A stretch of DNA of 37,777 nt from a virus (lineage: Duplodnaviria > Caudoviricetes). Shown in pieces: positions 19,846-28,397 of the stretch (positions are counted from its first letter, which is position 1; the number at the start of each line of letters is the position of its first letter). The stretch spans positions 1 through 37,777 of the IMG/VR virus record IMGVR_UViG_3300025635_000074. One strand, 5' to 3'. The translations under genes were made by a program, and so were the position numbers. Under the pieces are notes generated by a model, which worked only from the letters and a program-made list of their open reading frames with translations, was not told the DNA's origin and ran no database searches.

Positions 19846-21040
19846 ACAGATAGAATTAGCAAATACATTTGGGGAATGGGTAACAGCAACACAAGCGACT
19901 ATTACACAATGGAATACACTAGAACCAAATATTAATCTAGTATTCTATTATGCTAACAGTACAGTTAATGTATATACTGATACCGTTAATGTATATTCAA
20001 ATACAGTAAATGTTTACTCTAATACAGTAACTCTCCATTCAAATGTGGTGAATAATCATACTAACGTTGTTATAAAATATGGTGAAACGTTAAATGTATA
20101 TTCGAATACTGTAACAGTATATAATTCCATAAATGCCTTTGTTCAAGTTGCATATGATACTGCAAATACTGTTGAAATAATAGCCAATACTGCAAATAAT
20201 ACAGCTAATTTAGCATTTGCAACAGCAACTAATTCATATACACATGCTAATAGCGCACATGATAAAGCCAATACCGCATATATTCATGCTAATAGCGCAC
20301 ATGATAAAGCCAATACCGCATATATTCATGCTAATAGCGCACATGATAAAGCCAATACCGCATATATTCATGCTAATAGCGCATATACGACAGCAAATGA
20401 TGCCCATCGACATGCTAATAGCGCATACGATAAAGCTAATACCACATATATTCATGCTAATAGCGCATATGATACTGTCAATACATTATTAGCACTTGCG
20501 AATACCGCTAATCTAGCAGTTATTACAAATACAACAAGTGATTCAAATCAATATAATATCGTACTTACTGCAAATTCTAGCGGTTTATTAACTAATGTTA
20601 AAGTATCGAATACTAGAATAACATTTCAGCCATCTACCGGCACAATACGATCAAATATTGCAAATACGGATATTATTAATATTAATGGTACAGTATTAGT
20701 AGATTCTAATAGAAATATTAGTAATGTTAAAGCAATTACTGAAACAGTATTTACCATTTCCGATGCATCAAATGTGGATATAAATCCCGCTAATGGAACT
20801 ATTCAAGTTTGGACACTAGGCGCAAATAGAACGCCATACGCCAATTCATTTTCAAATGGACAAGCAATAACATTGATGGTAGCAGATGGTACGGCCAATA
20901 CAATAACATGGTCTACTATAAATGTTCAATGGGTGGGCGCAGCGGCGCCTGCGCTGGCAACATCTGGATATACTGTAATAGAATTATGGAAGGCTAATAA
21001 TTGGGTGTACGGTGCGAGAGTTGGGGATGTTGCAATATGA
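19835..21040 (+). CDS. Putative tail fibre protein with heptad-repeat stalk and C-terminal beta domain
   Basis: LANTFGEW N-terminus, NVYSNTV and HANSAHDKANTAYI repeats, C-terminal INPANGTIQVWTL...ITWSTINVQWVG..APAL. Confidence 0.7.
   Translation: MPIKQIELANTFGEWVTATQATITQWNTLEPNINLVFYYANSTVNVYTDTVNVYSNTVNVYSNTVTLHSNVVNNHTNVVIKYGETLNVYSNTVTVYNSINAFVQVAYDTANTVEIIANTANNTANLAFATATNSYTHANSAHDKANTAYIHANSAHDKANTAYIHANSAHDKANTAYIHANSAYTTANDAHRHANSAYDKANTTYIHANSAYDTVNTLLALANTANLAVITNTTSDSNQYNIVLTANSSGLLTNVKVSNTRITFQPSTGTIRSNIANTDIININGTVLVDSNRNISNVKAITETVFTISDASNVDINPANGTIQVWTLGANRTPYANSFSNGQAITLMVADGTANTITWSTINVQWVGAAAPALATSGYTVIELWKANNWVYGARVGDVAI
20243..20475 (+). repeat. 42-bp coding tandem repeat (3 exact copies plus ~2.5 degenerate)
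   Basis: catgctaatagcgcacatgataaagccaataccgcatatatt at 20243, 20285 and 20327, encoding HANSAHDKANTAYI. Confidence 0.95.
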
Positions 21041-22293
21041 GTTGTATAAGCCGAAAACTTAGACGCGGTGTTAGTCAAGACATTGAGTTTGTTGGAAGCT
21101 CCCAAACTCAAAATCCATCTGCTAGTACAACATTGGTGATCAATAAGCCAACAGGGACACTTGATGGCGATTTGATGTTAGCATTTTGCTATAATGAAAG
21201 ATTTAGTACAACAAGTCAATTTACAGCACCCGCAGGATGGACAAAATTAGTTGGCACTGACTTAGATTCTTCACTTAACCGTTGCTCGACGATATTCTGG
21301 AAAATTGCGGCTGCCGAAGGGTCTAATTACACATTTACTAATGAGTCGAGAATCAGTTCTGGTGCTATTTTGACATATAGAAATGCCAAAATAGGATTAC
21401 ATGGAGCATTTTCGGCACCCGCAGCAAATGCAATTCTACCAGAGATTAAGATTCCAACCGATAAATGTATATTATTAGCATCGATTCATAATGATAATGC
21501 AAGTACAACACTTGGAACTCCGTCAGGAATGTCTAGCGTCGTTAGTGATTCTGATGCAAATCGACCATCATATAAGATTTGCTCTCAAACAGTTGATGCC
21601 GGTTTAACTGGAACTAAAACAACATCTACAACTCCCGTTGATACTGGTACATACGGCATATTATTTTTTATAGTACCCGCATCTTATACCCCACCTGAAA
21701 TAACATTTGTAAATAGTGCTAGTAATCAAAACACATCATCTGGGATAACACAATTAACAATCAATAAGCCAACAGGCACTATTGAGAATGATTTATTGAT
21801 AGCATTTGTTGTGACTTCAACAAGTGAAACTTGGACTGGAGATACTGGATGGACAGAAATTGGTGATCTCGGCAGTCGACCATCTTTAAGAGTTGCGTAT
21901 AAAATAGCAACAGCATCGGAAGCAAGTAGTTATACATTCACAACAGGAACTACGACCAATCAACCAAGCGGAACTATTTTGGTATATAGAAATGCAACCT
22001 ATGATACGATTGGAAGTTTTGCTTCCGGTACTGATCCTGTGTCAATTGCATCTATCAATATTGCCGAAAATTATTCGAGATTAATTGCATGTTTTGCTAG
22101 AAGTTCAGGATCAGTTACAATTCTAGCTCCAACAGACATGTCAACAATAGTTACTGAAAATGATACAACTGATCCGTCATATGCAATTTTCGATCAACTT
22201 GTAGGATATGGCGCATCTAGTGCCAGATCAGCAACGTTAGGTTCATCCTCCAATGTTTGTGGCATCATGCTGGCAATTAAACCAACCTCATAG
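21037..22293 (+). CDS. Putative fibre-tip/adhesin protein with two tandem ~207-aa beta domains
   Basis: Probable start is ATG 21037 (ATGA overlap with the upstream stop). Repeated I(E/T)FV.S...INKPTGT...DL..AF domains. The DNA word atcaataagccaacagg occurs at 21139 and 21760. Confidence 0.65.
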   Translation: MSCISRKLRRGVSQDIEFVGSSQTQNPSASTTLVINKPTGTLDGDLMLAFCYNERFSTTSQFTAPAGWTKLVGTDLDSSLNRCSTIFWKIAAAEGSNYTFTNESRISSGAILTYRNAKIGLHGAFSAPAANAILPEIKIPTDKCILLASIHNDNASTTLGTPSGMSSVVSDSDANRPSYKICSQTVDAGLTGTKTTSTTPVDTGTYGILFFIVPASYTPPEITFVNSASNQNTSSGITQLTINKPTGTIENDLLIAFVVTSTSETWTGDTGWTEIGDLGSRPSLRVAYKIATASEASSYTFTTGTTTNQPSGTILVYRNATYDTIGSFASGTDPVSIASINIAENYSRLIACFARSSGSVTILAPTDMSTIVTENDTTDPSYAIFDQLVGYGASSARSATLGSSSNVCGIMLAIKPTS

Positions 22294-22301
22294 AATCAAT
22301 C

Positions 22302-22856
22302 ATGTACGCTAAAATAATAAACAATCAAATCATTGAATATCCGTATAATCCAGAAAATCTTAAACTGGATTATCCTCAAACATCTTTTCCTGCATCTTTA
22401 ACACCAGATTTTTTAGAAAATCACAATATTATAAATATTGTATCAAAGGGTATTCCTACACATAATAAATTAACACATAAAGTAGTAGAAATCGATCCCA
22501 CATATAATACTACTAAAAAACAGTGGGAACAATCTTATTCAATTGTTAATTTATCTGTAGCCGAATCGAATACTATAATATCGATCATCATAACAGAAAT
22601 ATCTATTGAAGTACAGAAAAGATTGGATGATTTTGCTAGAACAAGATATTACGATAATATTTTAAGTTTATGCACATATGCCAATTCTAGTAATCCTAAA
22701 TTTCAAGTAGAAGGTACATACGGATTACAAGTTCGAGATTCTACATGGAACATTATATATCAGATATTCGAAGATGTAAAGAATAATATAAGAGAGATGC
22801 CACTAACTTATGAAGAGATTGAATCTGAGTTACCTATATTAACTTGGCCAACCTAG
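22302..22856 (+). CDS. Putative tail-fibre assembly/chaperone protein
   Basis: YPY...LKLDYPQTSFP, WEQSYSIVNLS, VQKRLDDFARTRYYDNILSLCTYANS, terminal ELPILTWP resembling Tfa-like proteins. Confidence 0.6.
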   Translation: MYAKIINNQIIEYPYNPENLKLDYPQTSFPASLTPDFLENHNIINIVSKGIPTHNKLTHKVVEIDPTYNTTKKQWEQSYSIVNLSVAESNTIISIIITEISIEVQKRLDDFARTRYYDNILSLCTYANSSNPKFQVEGTYGLQVRDSTWNIIYQIFEDVKNNIREMPLTYEEIESELPILTWPT

Positions 22857-22866
22857 AGAGAAATAA

Positions 22867-23202
22867 ATGGCAGCATTTACGGAAATTTATATTGAACAGT
22901 ATTCTGATTTTTCAACTATATTGAATGTATTAGATACTCAAGGAGATTATCTTGATCTATCCGGCTATTCAGCGGAATCTCAGATAAGACAATCATATTA
23001 TTCCGAGACGTATTCATCATTTAACGTTTCCATTACAGATGCTTCGACTGGAGAGATAACATTAAGTTTAACTTCGGCCAATACTGCAAATTTAGAAGCG
23101 GGTAGACAACAATTTGATTTAATCATTACGTCTCCTGCCAATAATATAACTAGAGTTATTGAAGGTGTTGCTATTGTATTACCTGGTGTGACACATGGCT
23201 AA
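22867..23202 (+). CDS. Small virion structural/adaptor protein (Ig-like)
   Basis: IYIEQYSDFS...DLSGYSAESQIRQSY...GEITLSLTSANT..L.AGR..FDL...RVIEG...V.PGVT pattern, common in T4-like fibre modules. Confidence 0.65.
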   Translation: MAAFTEIYIEQYSDFSTILNVLDTQGDYLDLSGYSAESQIRQSYYSETYSSFNVSITDASTGEITLSLTSANTANLEAGRQQFDLIITSPANNITRVIEGVAIVLPGVTHG

Positions 23203-23431
23203 TATTGGTCAGGTTATTATTCGACAACCAACGCAGACTAGGATGTCTATCGTTGATCCATCGATTGCGCCTACTCTCACAGTAACTTTAAATGATTTAA
23301 CTGATGTCAACACAGCAAATGTTGCTAATGGATATACATTAGTCTATAACTCAAACACTAATAGTTATGAGATGAAACCTCTCGAATTATCAAATCTTGG
23401 AATAGCATCTATAGAAGGCGGCACTTTTTAA
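23195..23431 (+). CDS. Small fibre-associated protein
   Basis: LNDLTDVNTANVANGYTLVYNS motif and C-terminal IEGGTF. Confidence 0.6.
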   Translation: MANIGQVIIRQPTQTRMSIVDPSIAPTLTVTLNDLTDVNTANVANGYTLVYNSNTNSYEMKPLELSNLGIASIEGGTF

Positions 23432-23447
23432 AAAATAGGGAAAAAAC

Positions 23448-24857
23448 ATGGCAAACACTACAATACAATTAAAATATTCATCCGCAACTGCGACTCCAAC
23501 AACATTGAATGTTGGTGAAGCAGCGTATTCATTTACATCTGATAAGTTCTTTATTGGAAACACAACAAATCATGTGCTAACAATAGGCGGAAAATATTAT
23601 ACGACATTAGTGGATGCCGCCACGGATGCTAATACAGCGTCAGCTATAGTTAAACGAGATACTGTTGGTATGTTTAGCGCAACTGCAGTAAAAGCTGATT
23701 TATTCGGAAATGCCAATACTGCCACTAAATGGCAAACTGCTAGAAATATAGGAGTATCGGGTGATGCAAATGGTATTGTATCAGTTGATGGATCAGCTAA
23801 TGCTAATATTCCATTAACATTAGGTAATTCCGGTGTAGCTGCGGGGTGGTATGGTGACAGTACAACTATTCCAGTTTATCAAGTAGATTCAAAAGGTCGA
23901 ATAACCGCGGCAGCTAATGTTGGATTAACTGCGGGTTCATCTACCGTTCAAATTGCTGGTGATACTGGCGCTGATTCTGTCGCACTTGCAACAGATACTA
24001 TTACATTTGTTGGTGGTGATGGAATAACAACCGCAGTATATTCCGCCAATAGCAATGTTCGATTCGATGTTGATGGCACTGTTATAAGAACTACCGGAAC
24101 AAATCAGACGATTGATGGAAGTTTAGCGATTACTGGTAATTTAGTTGTTAGCGGAAATACGATAACACATGATGTTGACAATATCAAAACAGATGATTCA
24201 CTGATTCAATTAGCAGCAAACAATGCAGCAGATATATTAGATATTGGTATATTCGGAACGTATGTTAATGCTGGTACCAAATATACAGCATTCTTTAGAG
24301 ATGCCTCAGATTCGGGCAAATTCAAATTAATGACTGGTGGTACAGAATTACCAAGTGCTGTTAGTAATACTGTAAATGCTGCGGCATTCTCAAGAGCAAC
24401 ACTAGATGCAAATTTCACCGGCGGTACTGTATCTGGACTATCATCCGTCATAGCAATAGCAGATGGTGGTACTAATGCATCATCTTTCACAACTGGCAAT
24501 CTAGTACATTTCAATGGAACTTCCCTAGTATCATTAGCAAATTCTACATATACTTTAACAGGTGGATTAGCCAATTCTAATACAATTACGTCAATTACGG
24601 TTGACGGTTTCGGTAGAGTGACCGCAGCAACAGGTGCGACAATCAATATTAGTGCAACACAAATTGGCTCTGGAACACTTACTGTCACAAGAGGTGGTAC
24701 TGGTGTTGGATCATTCACTGCTAATGGTGTTGTAATTGCTGGACTAACTTCAACAGCGGCATTATCATCTGTAGCATCTTCGACAGAAGGTCATGTACTA
24801 CAGATAAATACATCAGGAATTCCGACATTTGCACATTTACAAGGTGGTACATTTTAA
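23448..24857 (+). CDS. Tail fibre protein
   Basis: N-terminal TIQLKYSS...PTTLNVGEAAY...FFIG, VDSKGRITAA and VDGFGRVTAA repeats, IADGGT/VTRGGTG motifs, terminal GGTF. SD-like ggga upstream. Confidence 0.75.
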   Translation: MANTTIQLKYSSATATPTTLNVGEAAYSFTSDKFFIGNTTNHVLTIGGKYYTTLVDAATDANTASAIVKRDTVGMFSATAVKADLFGNANTATKWQTARNIGVSGDANGIVSVDGSANANIPLTLGNSGVAAGWYGDSTTIPVYQVDSKGRITAAANVGLTAGSSTVQIAGDTGADSVALATDTITFVGGDGITTAVYSANSNVRFDVDGTVIRTTGTNQTIDGSLAITGNLVVSGNTITHDVDNIKTDDSLIQLAANNAADILDIGIFGTYVNAGTKYTAFFRDASDSGKFKLMTGGTELPSAVSNTVNAAAFSRATLDANFTGGTVSGLSSVIAIADGGTNASSFTTGNLVHFNGTSLVSLANSTYTLTGGLANSNTITSITVDGFGRVTAATGATINISATQIGSGTLTVTRGGTGVGSFTANGVVIAGLTSTAALSSVASSTEGHVLQINTSGIPTFAHLQGGTF

Positions 24858-24860
24858 CAT

Positions 24861-25343
24861 ATGGATATAGAATATCAAAATACATACACACAAGTTTTAG
24901 TTGAAAATTTCGATGCAGTAATTAAGCAAAATTTTCAGTTCCAAACGCAGATTAGAGTGTTGGAAAAACTCATTCAAGAAAAAGATGAATTATCATCGAA
25001 ATTAAATGAGTCTACAACTAAGATTCAAGAATTAGAAAACATAATCAACGAAAAACAAATAGAATTAGCTGGAACTAATGAATTAAAACAACGTATTATC
25101 GATACTGATTATATACTTAAAGAAAAAGATCGCATACAAATAGCATTAAATGATTATATGCAAAAATATTCAAAATGTGAACGTGAATTTAATCAGTTTA
25201 AAGATAAACATGCGATAGAATGCACTGACCATCTCAATGAGATCGCAGAACTGAAAGATTATGTAAAAATACTGGAATCAAATGTTCCTTCGAGTAAGTT
25301 AAAAAAGTTAATTAAACCGAGAGATGATGGTAGCACCTTTTAA
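24861..25343 (+). CDS. Coiled-coil hypothetical protein
   Basis: 160 aa, E/K/L-rich heptads, ends DDGSTF. Confidence 0.7.
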   Translation: MDIEYQNTYTQVLVENFDAVIKQNFQFQTQIRVLEKLIQEKDELSSKLNESTTKIQELENIINEKQIELAGTNELKQRIIDTDYILKEKDRIQIALNDYMQKYSKCEREFNQFKDKHAIECTDHLNEIAELKDYVKILESNVPSSKLKKLIKPRDDGSTF

Positions 25344-26911
25344 TGTCAAATACAACAATTGAATTAAAATACTCACAGGTTGCAGCGAATGTTCCAACAT
25401 CATTGGCTAATGGTGAAATTGCTATCAATACTAATGATGGCAAAATATTCTACAAAGATCATACAGGAACCATTCAAGAATTTGGTGGTTCAGGAACACC
25501 CGCAGGTATTAATGGTGAAATACAATTCAATAATTCAGGTGTCTTTGGGGCAACATCTAATTTATCGATAAATCTGGCAACAGGTAATACCAGCGCACAA
25601 GCTTTACATACTAGATCATGGATTCAATGGCCAGACGGCACTAAACAATATACTGCGAATGCTGGCGGAGCAGGCGGCACAATTGCTGCGGTTGATGTTA
25701 AAACATACACAGCAACAGCAGCGCAAACTACATTTGCCGTAACATATACGTCACCGTATGTTCTAGTAACGTTGAATGGTGTAGTATTAGATCCAAATGA
25801 ATACACAGCAACTTCTAATACCAATGTCGTATTAACGACAGCAGCATCGGCAAATGATCTCGTTCACTTGATAGGATTTGCTGGTGAATCAATTACAGTG
25901 ATAGCTGATGATTTAGATCAATATGCAAGAAATCAGGCTAATGCAGCATTTGATAAAGCAAATACTGATGTTACTAATATATCAACTACAGCAACAGTAT
26001 ATGGAAATACTACATATACAACACAAATAAATTTGGCAGCAAATGGTAGAATTAATAGTATAACAAATACCGCCATTGCTTTTCCTGTTAGCACCGTTGC
26101 AGGAGATACTGGTGCAGTTGCCAATTCTAGTATATTAGCTGGTCTATTAACAGTCGATGGTAGCGGTTCTGGATTAGATGCTGATTTGCTTGATGGTAAA
26201 AATGGATCGGAATATGCTAATACGTTACATACACAGGCAGCTTTCGATAAAGCAAATACTGATGTTACTAATATAACAACTACCGCAACAGTATATGGAA
26301 ATACAACTCACATTACGCAAGTAAATCTCGCTGCAAATGGTCGAGTTAATTCAATAGTTAATACCGCAATTGCTTTTCCTGTTACTTCGGTATCTGGTGA
26401 TACTGGCGCAGTTGCAAATTCTAGTATATTAGCTGGTCTATTAACGGTCGATGGTAGTAGTTCTGGATTAGATGCCGATCTATTAGATGGACTTCAAGGA
26501 ACATCATATGCTAATTCGAATTATACTGCAAGCGCGTATGCACAAGCAAATACGGCATCTATTAGAACTATTAATTTCCTAATAGATGGTGGTGGTTCTG
26601 TTATAACAACTGGTTCAAAAGGTAATGTTAGCATTGATTTTTCGGGAACAATATCCAATTGGAAAATATTCAATGATGTTTCTGGAAACATGACAGTTGA
26701 TATTAGTCGTTCTAATTTAACTAATTTTGGAACATTTACCGCATCCGGTGGCAGTTCACCTTCTACAGTAGGACAATTAGCAAATTCTTCCTTTGCTATA
26801 AATTGGACTGGATTTACTACGGTATCGGCTAATGATGTGTTGCAGTTTTCTGTTAGTGGAACTCCCACAAATGCGACTAAAACAACAGTTTCTCTAAGAG
26901 TAGTTTCATAA
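25343..26911 (+). CDS. Tail fibre protein with internal 98-aa duplication
   Basis: TIELKYS...PTSLANGEIAINTNDGKIFYK N-terminus, GEIQFNNSGVFG, two DGSxSGLDADLLDG motifs, C-terminal IDGGGSVITTGSKG domain. Confidence 0.78.
   Translation: MSNTTIELKYSQVAANVPTSLANGEIAINTNDGKIFYKDHTGTIQEFGGSGTPAGINGEIQFNNSGVFGATSNLSINLATGNTSAQALHTRSWIQWPDGTKQYTANAGGAGGTIAAVDVKTYTATAAQTTFAVTYTSPYVLVTLNGVVLDPNEYTATSNTNVVLTTAASANDLVHLIGFAGESITVIADDLDQYARNQANAAFDKANTDVTNISTTATVYGNTTYTTQINLAANGRINSITNTAIAFPVSTVAGDTGAVANSSILAGLLTVDGSGSGLDADLLDGKNGSEYANTLHTQAAFDKANTDVTNITTTATVYGNTTHITQVNLAANGRVNSIVNTAIAFPVTSVSGDTGAVANSSILAGLLTVDGSSSGLDADLLDGLQGTSYANSNYTASAYAQANTASIRTINFLIDGGGSVITTGSKGNVSIDFSGTISNWKIFNDVSGNMTVDISRSNLTNFGTFTASGGSSPSTVGQLANSSFAINWTGFTTVSANDVLQFSVSGTPTNATKTTVSLRVVS
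25952..26520 (+). repeat. Tandem ~294-bp imperfect duplication inside the fibre gene
   Basis: gataaagcaaatactgatgttactaatata at 25952 and 26246 (offset 294 nt = 98 codons). Confidence 0.9.
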
Positions 26912-27855
26912 TGGCAGCAAAAGCATATTCTTTTTTAACAGGTAATACATCATGGGTGGTACCAAGTGATTGGAGTAACACTAATAATTATATTATATGT
27001 ATAGGTTCCGGTGCTGGCGGCAATACGGGAGCGTCCACGTATGGTGCAGGTGGAGGTGGTGGCGCGGCATATGCTAGAAGTAATAATATAACATTAACAC
27101 CCGGACAAACAGTTTATTTTAGTATTCCTGCTAATACCGCAGCGAATCTCAATGGCGCAAATACTTGGATTAATTGGACAGCAAATTCGCAACCAACAAC
27201 AACTGCTAATGGTGTTTCAGCTAACGGCGGCTTAACGGCAATTGGATTGAATGCTGGCGCCGGTGGTTCAACAGCGCAATCTATAGGCAATCAAACATTC
27301 GCTGGTGGCAATGGTGGTGTCGGCGCAACAGGATCAACATTCACGGGCGGCGGTGGTGGTGGTGCAGCGGGAATCGCAGGTGTAGGTAGAACTGCGGGTA
27401 ATGGTGACACTACTGCAACCGGTGATGATGGTGGCGGTGGTGGCGGTGGCGCTGGCGGAGCATCGTCTACAACTGGATCAAATGGTACCACCGCAGGTGG
27501 CGCGGGTGGGCAAGGACCAGGGGGCACCGGTTCTGGAACTGGTGGTAGTAATGCTGATGGTGGACCAGGATCAAATGGTGGCGGTGGCGGGGGTGGTGAT
27601 AATGCGAGAAACGGCGGCATCGGTGGCACTGGAACTGATTTAGGGACTACGTTAAATAATTCAAATTCTGTTGGTTCCGGTGGCGGTGGTGGCGGTGCCG
27701 GTAATATGTCAGGCACTGTTGTTGCAGGTGGTGCGGGTGGCCGTTGTGGGGGCGGTGGTGCAGGAGGCAGACCGGGCGGCACTGGTGGAGGTGGATTAGT
27801 ATACATCTTCTATGATGCTGCAGGAACAGCAAGATCATTTGCTATTATATGTTAA
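26911..27855 (+). CDS. Glycine-rich putative adhesin (polyglycine-type domain)
   Basis: SWVVPSDW...CIGSGAGG, many G4-G7 runs, terminal GGGGLVYIFY. Locally GC-rich and coupled by TAATG to the fibre gene. Confidence 0.72.
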   Translation: MAAKAYSFLTGNTSWVVPSDWSNTNNYIICIGSGAGGNTGASTYGAGGGGGAAYARSNNITLTPGQTVYFSIPANTAANLNGANTWINWTANSQPTTTANGVSANGGLTAIGLNAGAGGSTAQSIGNQTFAGGNGGVGATGSTFTGGGGGGAAGIAGVGRTAGNGDTTATGDDGGGGGGGAGGASSTTGSNGTTAGGAGGQGPGGTGSGTGGSNADGGPGSNGGGGGGGDNARNGGIGGTGTDLGTTLNNSNSVGSGGGGGGAGNMSGTVVAGGAGGRCGGGGAGGRPGGTGGGGLVYIFYDAAGTARSFAIIC

Positions 27856-27861
27856 TAAATA
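27854..27861 (+). promoter_or_regulatory. Late promoter-like motif AATAAATA
   Basis: Intergenic, followed by SD aagga and the ATG at 27880. Confidence 0.45.
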
Positions 27862-27879
27862 TATAAAAGGATATTTCAT

Positions 27880-28065
27880 ATGCCAACAAAAAATAGACAA
27901 TTAAGTGATCATCCACAAGTCATCAATATATCCAAGGCTAATAATAATCTTCTATTAGCAAATTCCGTAGTATGGCCGGATGGAACATTTCAAACTACAG
28001 CAGCAACAGGTGTTCAAGGTGGTTCAACAGGATTCGAACAACATTTTCTATTAATGGGCGGATAA
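27880..28065 (+). CDS. Small fibre-linker protein
   Basis: SD present. WPDGTFQTTA resembles WPDGTKQYTA in the 25343 fibre. Ends HFLLMGG. Confidence 0.6.
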   Translation: MPTKNRQLSDHPQVINISKANNNLLLANSVVWPDGTFQTTAATGVQGGSTGFEQHFLLMGG

Positions 28066-28069
28066 TAAT

Positions 28070-28396
28070 ATGGCAAATGCATATAAGGTGCTAGGACAAA
28101 GCAATCCAGAACTTCAAACTAATACTACATTATATACGGTACCTGCGGCAACACAAGCTGTTATATCAACACTAGCAGTTTGTAATAGATCAAATTCCAC
28201 AAACTATAGAGTAGCTGTGCGTCCTGCCGGTGCAACTTTAGATGATAAGCATTATATCATATATGATAATTATGTCAATCAATATGATTCAGTTATGCTG
28301 ACAATAGGTGCGACATTAGGTAATACTGATGTTGTAACAGTATATGCTGGAAACAATTGTTTATCTTTTACACTATTCGGATCAGAAATAACTTAA
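28070..28396 (+). CDS. Small beta-sandwich structural/adaptor protein
   Basis: YKVLGQSNP...TLYTVPA...VISTLAVCN...LSFTLFGSEIT pattern, seen in environmental phage fibre modules. Confidence 0.65.
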   Translation: MANAYKVLGQSNPELQTNTTLYTVPAATQAVISTLAVCNRSNSTNYRVAVRPAGATLDDKHYIIYDNYVNQYDSVMLTIGATLGNTDVVTVYAGNNCLSFTLFGSEIT

Positions 28397-28397
28397 T

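Noticed and set aside
20217-20492. Alternative-frame and antisense repeat ORFs; CRISPR-like appearance of the 42-bp repeats
   Set aside because: The repeats are contiguous with no unique spacers and are in frame within the fibre gene. The alternative ORFs are by-products of the repeat.
21001-21036. TTG start given by the ORF track for the 430-aa ORF
   Set aside because: It overlaps the upstream gene by 40 nt. ATG at 21037, with an ATGA overlap and an upstream gggga SD, is more plausible.
24206-24718. 170-aa minus-strand ORF and other short overlapping ORFs in the track
   Set aside because: They lie wholly within well-supported plus-strand structural genes and show no recognisable motifs or translation signals.
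27291-27806. Proline-rich 171-aa minus-strand ORF
   Set aside because: Mirror of GGN glycine codons in the plus-strand gene.
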